Assembly (NCBI GenBank): GCA_001819095.1
Contig: MHLS01000002.1
Location: 11,517 to 53,052, forward strand
Direction of reading: 5' to 3'
Source of the DNA: Candidatus Lloydbacteria bacterium RIFCSPLOWO2_02_FULL_54_12
GTDB lineage: Bacteria; Patescibacteriota; Minisyncoccia; Phycocordibacterales; UBA6899
Length of the DNA stretch: 41,536 bases
Part shown: piece after piece, positions 40,269 to 41,536 of the stretch
Numbering within the stretch: position 1 is the stretch's first letter
How the letters are laid out: the number at the start of each line of letters is the position of its first letter
Notes under the pieces: model-generated
The model's database searches: none
Seen by the model: the letters and a program-made list of their open reading frames with translations, nothing else
What the model was told of the DNA's origin: nothing
Program-made: the position numbers and the translations under genes

Positions 40269-41357
40269 ATGAATTCACGAGAGGTACTCACTGACCGTAT
40301 TTTCGCCATGTTCGCGTTGGGCGCGATAGGGGACGCATTGGGCGCTCCGGTCGAGATGATGAGCGCGGAGGCTATCGCGAAGCGCTACGGCTGGCTCAAG
40401 GCGTTCGTCGAACGGAAAGAGCACAAATTCGGTCCGATCGCGAAGGGCGAGACGACCGACGACACGCAACTCAAACTTGCGATCGCGCGTTCTATCGCGC
40501 GCATGCGCGGGATCGACCACGGCGATATCGCCAAGGAGCATATTGCCGAAATGCGGAAGGTGACGCGCGGCTGGGGCGGATCGACGAGACAAGCGGTCGA
40601 ACGACTTTTCGAGGGCGTTCATTGGAGCGCTTCGGGGAGCACTCCCGACACGCCAAGCGACAAACGCGGTAAAGGGAACGGCGTCGCGATGAAGATTGAC
40701 CCGGTCGGGGCGTACTACGCTCTCCGTGGCGTCGATCCCATGATGAATTGGGAGCATCGAGCGGCGGTGAGAGACATTGCGCTCATGACGCATGCGAGTG
40801 CGATGGGTGTTGCGTCGGGACTGGCGCAAGTTGCGGCGGTCCGTTACCTGCTCGGAACCACGGTCGTCAACTCTGAAGAGTTTGCGGAGAGAGTGACGTC
40901 GGCCGCGTTCTCCGGCGAAAGAGTATTTATGCCGATCACCGCCCTCGACGAACGTGTCGATGAAATGATGGACGCGGGTTTACTCGGTGGTCGAATACTT
41001 TCCACGGCCGCTTTTGATGACGACCGGCTCTCGGAGCGCTTTCGCTTGCTCGGGAGCGTCACACGGGAGACATCAGACGAAACACTGCGGTCAACGTTCG
41101 GGAACGGCGCCTGCTATGTTTACGAGTCGCTTCCGCTCGCGTATGCGCTCTTTTTGCGCAAACCCGATTCCGTCGAAGCACTCTACGACGCGGTCAATTT
41201 CGGCGGAGACACCGACACCGTCGCGTCCATCGTCGGCTCCTTGCTCGGAGCGTACAACGGTTCCGCAATCATCCCTTGGGAGTTGTGGGCCGACATCGAC
41301 CGACAAGAGGAGATCGATGCGACCGTCGACGAATTCGTTCGCGCTCTCACGGTTTGA
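40269..41357 (+). CDS. ADP-ribosylglycohydrolase (DraG/ARH family)
   Basis: GAIGDALGAPVEMMS, ETTDDTQL and GGDTDTVASIVGSLLGAYNG are canonical ARH motifs. Confidence 0.85.
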   Translation: MNSREVLTDRIFAMFALGAIGDALGAPVEMMSAEAIAKRYGWLKAFVERKEHKFGPIAKGETTDDTQLKLAIARSIARMRGIDHGDIAKEHIAEMRKVTRGWGGSTRQAVERLFEGVHWSASGSTPDTPSDKRGKGNGVAMKIDPVGAYYALRGVDPMMNWEHRAAVRDIALMTHASAMGVASGLAQVAAVRYLLGTTVVNSEEFAERVTSAAFSGERVFMPITALDERVDEMMDAGLLGGRILSTAAFDDDRLSERFRLLGSVTRETSDETLRSTFGNGACYVYESLPLAYALFLRKPDSVEALYDAVNFGGDTDTVASIVGSLLGAYNGSAIIPWELWADIDRQEEIDATVDEFVRALTV

Positions 41358-41358
41358 A

Positions 41359-41404
41359 GTTTTTGGCGGATGGAAAACACCCCATCCGCCCGTTCATTCA
41401 GTCC
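41359..41404. repeat. Hairpin repeat, family 2 (copy 2)
   Basis: The sequence gtttttGGCGGATGGaaaacaccCCATCCGCCcgttcattcagtc lies directly after the ARH stop. The stem carries a compensated A:T to T:A change relative to copy 1. Confidence 0.8.
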
Positions 41405-41430
41405 CCGAGCACAAGGTCGACCACTTGGAA

Positions 41431-41473
41431 ATACAAGGTCGGACCTTGAGGAAACGGTTTTAAGGTCCGACCC
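41431..41473. repeat. REP-like inverted repeat, family 1 (copy with truncated right arm)
   Basis: The sequence atacaaggtcggaccttgaggaaacggttttaaggtccgaccc forms an 11-bp stem. A related half-site, acaaggtcgacc, lies at about 41411. Confidence 0.7.
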
Positions 41474-41536
41474 ACTCGTGTCCCGTTAAAAACAAAACAA
41501 CGACAACGTATTTCCGGGGTCCTCGTCCGTATTTTG

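Overview
This is a 41.5-kb bacterial window that is GC-rich by eye, with strong GGAGG-type ribosome-binding sites on most core genes. The gene content loosely suggests an uncultivated, reduced-genome (CPR/Patescibacteria-like) bacterium: a ComEC lacking the beta-lactamase domain, DedA, many TrmB-like HTH genes and reliance on NAD salvage. That taxonomic guess is weak inference. All family calls come from motifs I recognise by eye; no searches were run.

The window has three parts.

(1) 1-20.5 kb, housekeeping and accessory genes:
- recJ 3' part and an RNase HI with a C-terminal hybrid-binding domain.
- A Cys-less thiolase-like/DUF35/acyl-CoA dehydrogenase trio.
- comEC and dedA.
- A Bat/MoxR-like cluster: secreted protein, two BatA_N-vWA proteins, MoxR AAA+ and DUF58.
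- sppA.
- A minus-strand operon of DnaQ-like exonuclease, 5'(3')-deoxyribonucleotidase and histidine phosphatase.
- A frameshifted TrmB-like regulator.

(2) About 20.56-28.8 kb, a compositionally mosaic island. It is mostly AT-rich, poor in Shine-Dalgarno sites, and has no integrase or transposase. It carries:
- A DUF3800 protein.
- A 1013-aa type IIG restriction-modification enzyme with a very AT-rich specificity-domain segment.
- A translationally coupled GIY-YIG nuclease plus proteasome-beta-like Ntn hydrolase pair. This is my top candidate for an undescribed defence system.
- A NYN-RNase/PLD-like (HDR) fusion.
- An XRE-Panacea (DUF4065) antitoxin with an unassigned toxin.

The cassettes are separated by reiterated copies of the last ~48 nt of a type IIG RM gene.

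(3) 28.8-41.5 kb:
- A MerR-GHKL ATPase plus a STAS-like DUF4325 pair.
- A divergent nicotinamidase paralog followed by a TerY-P triad (vWA, PP2C, Ser/Thr kinase).
- An NAD-salvage cluster: pncA, pnuC, HTH-less nadR, nadD, pncB and an ADP-ribosylglycohydrolase.

Three promoters in this block share a palindromic operator centred on the -10 box. Two families of structured intergenic hairpin repeats, both showing compensatory base changes, are scattered through the core regions.
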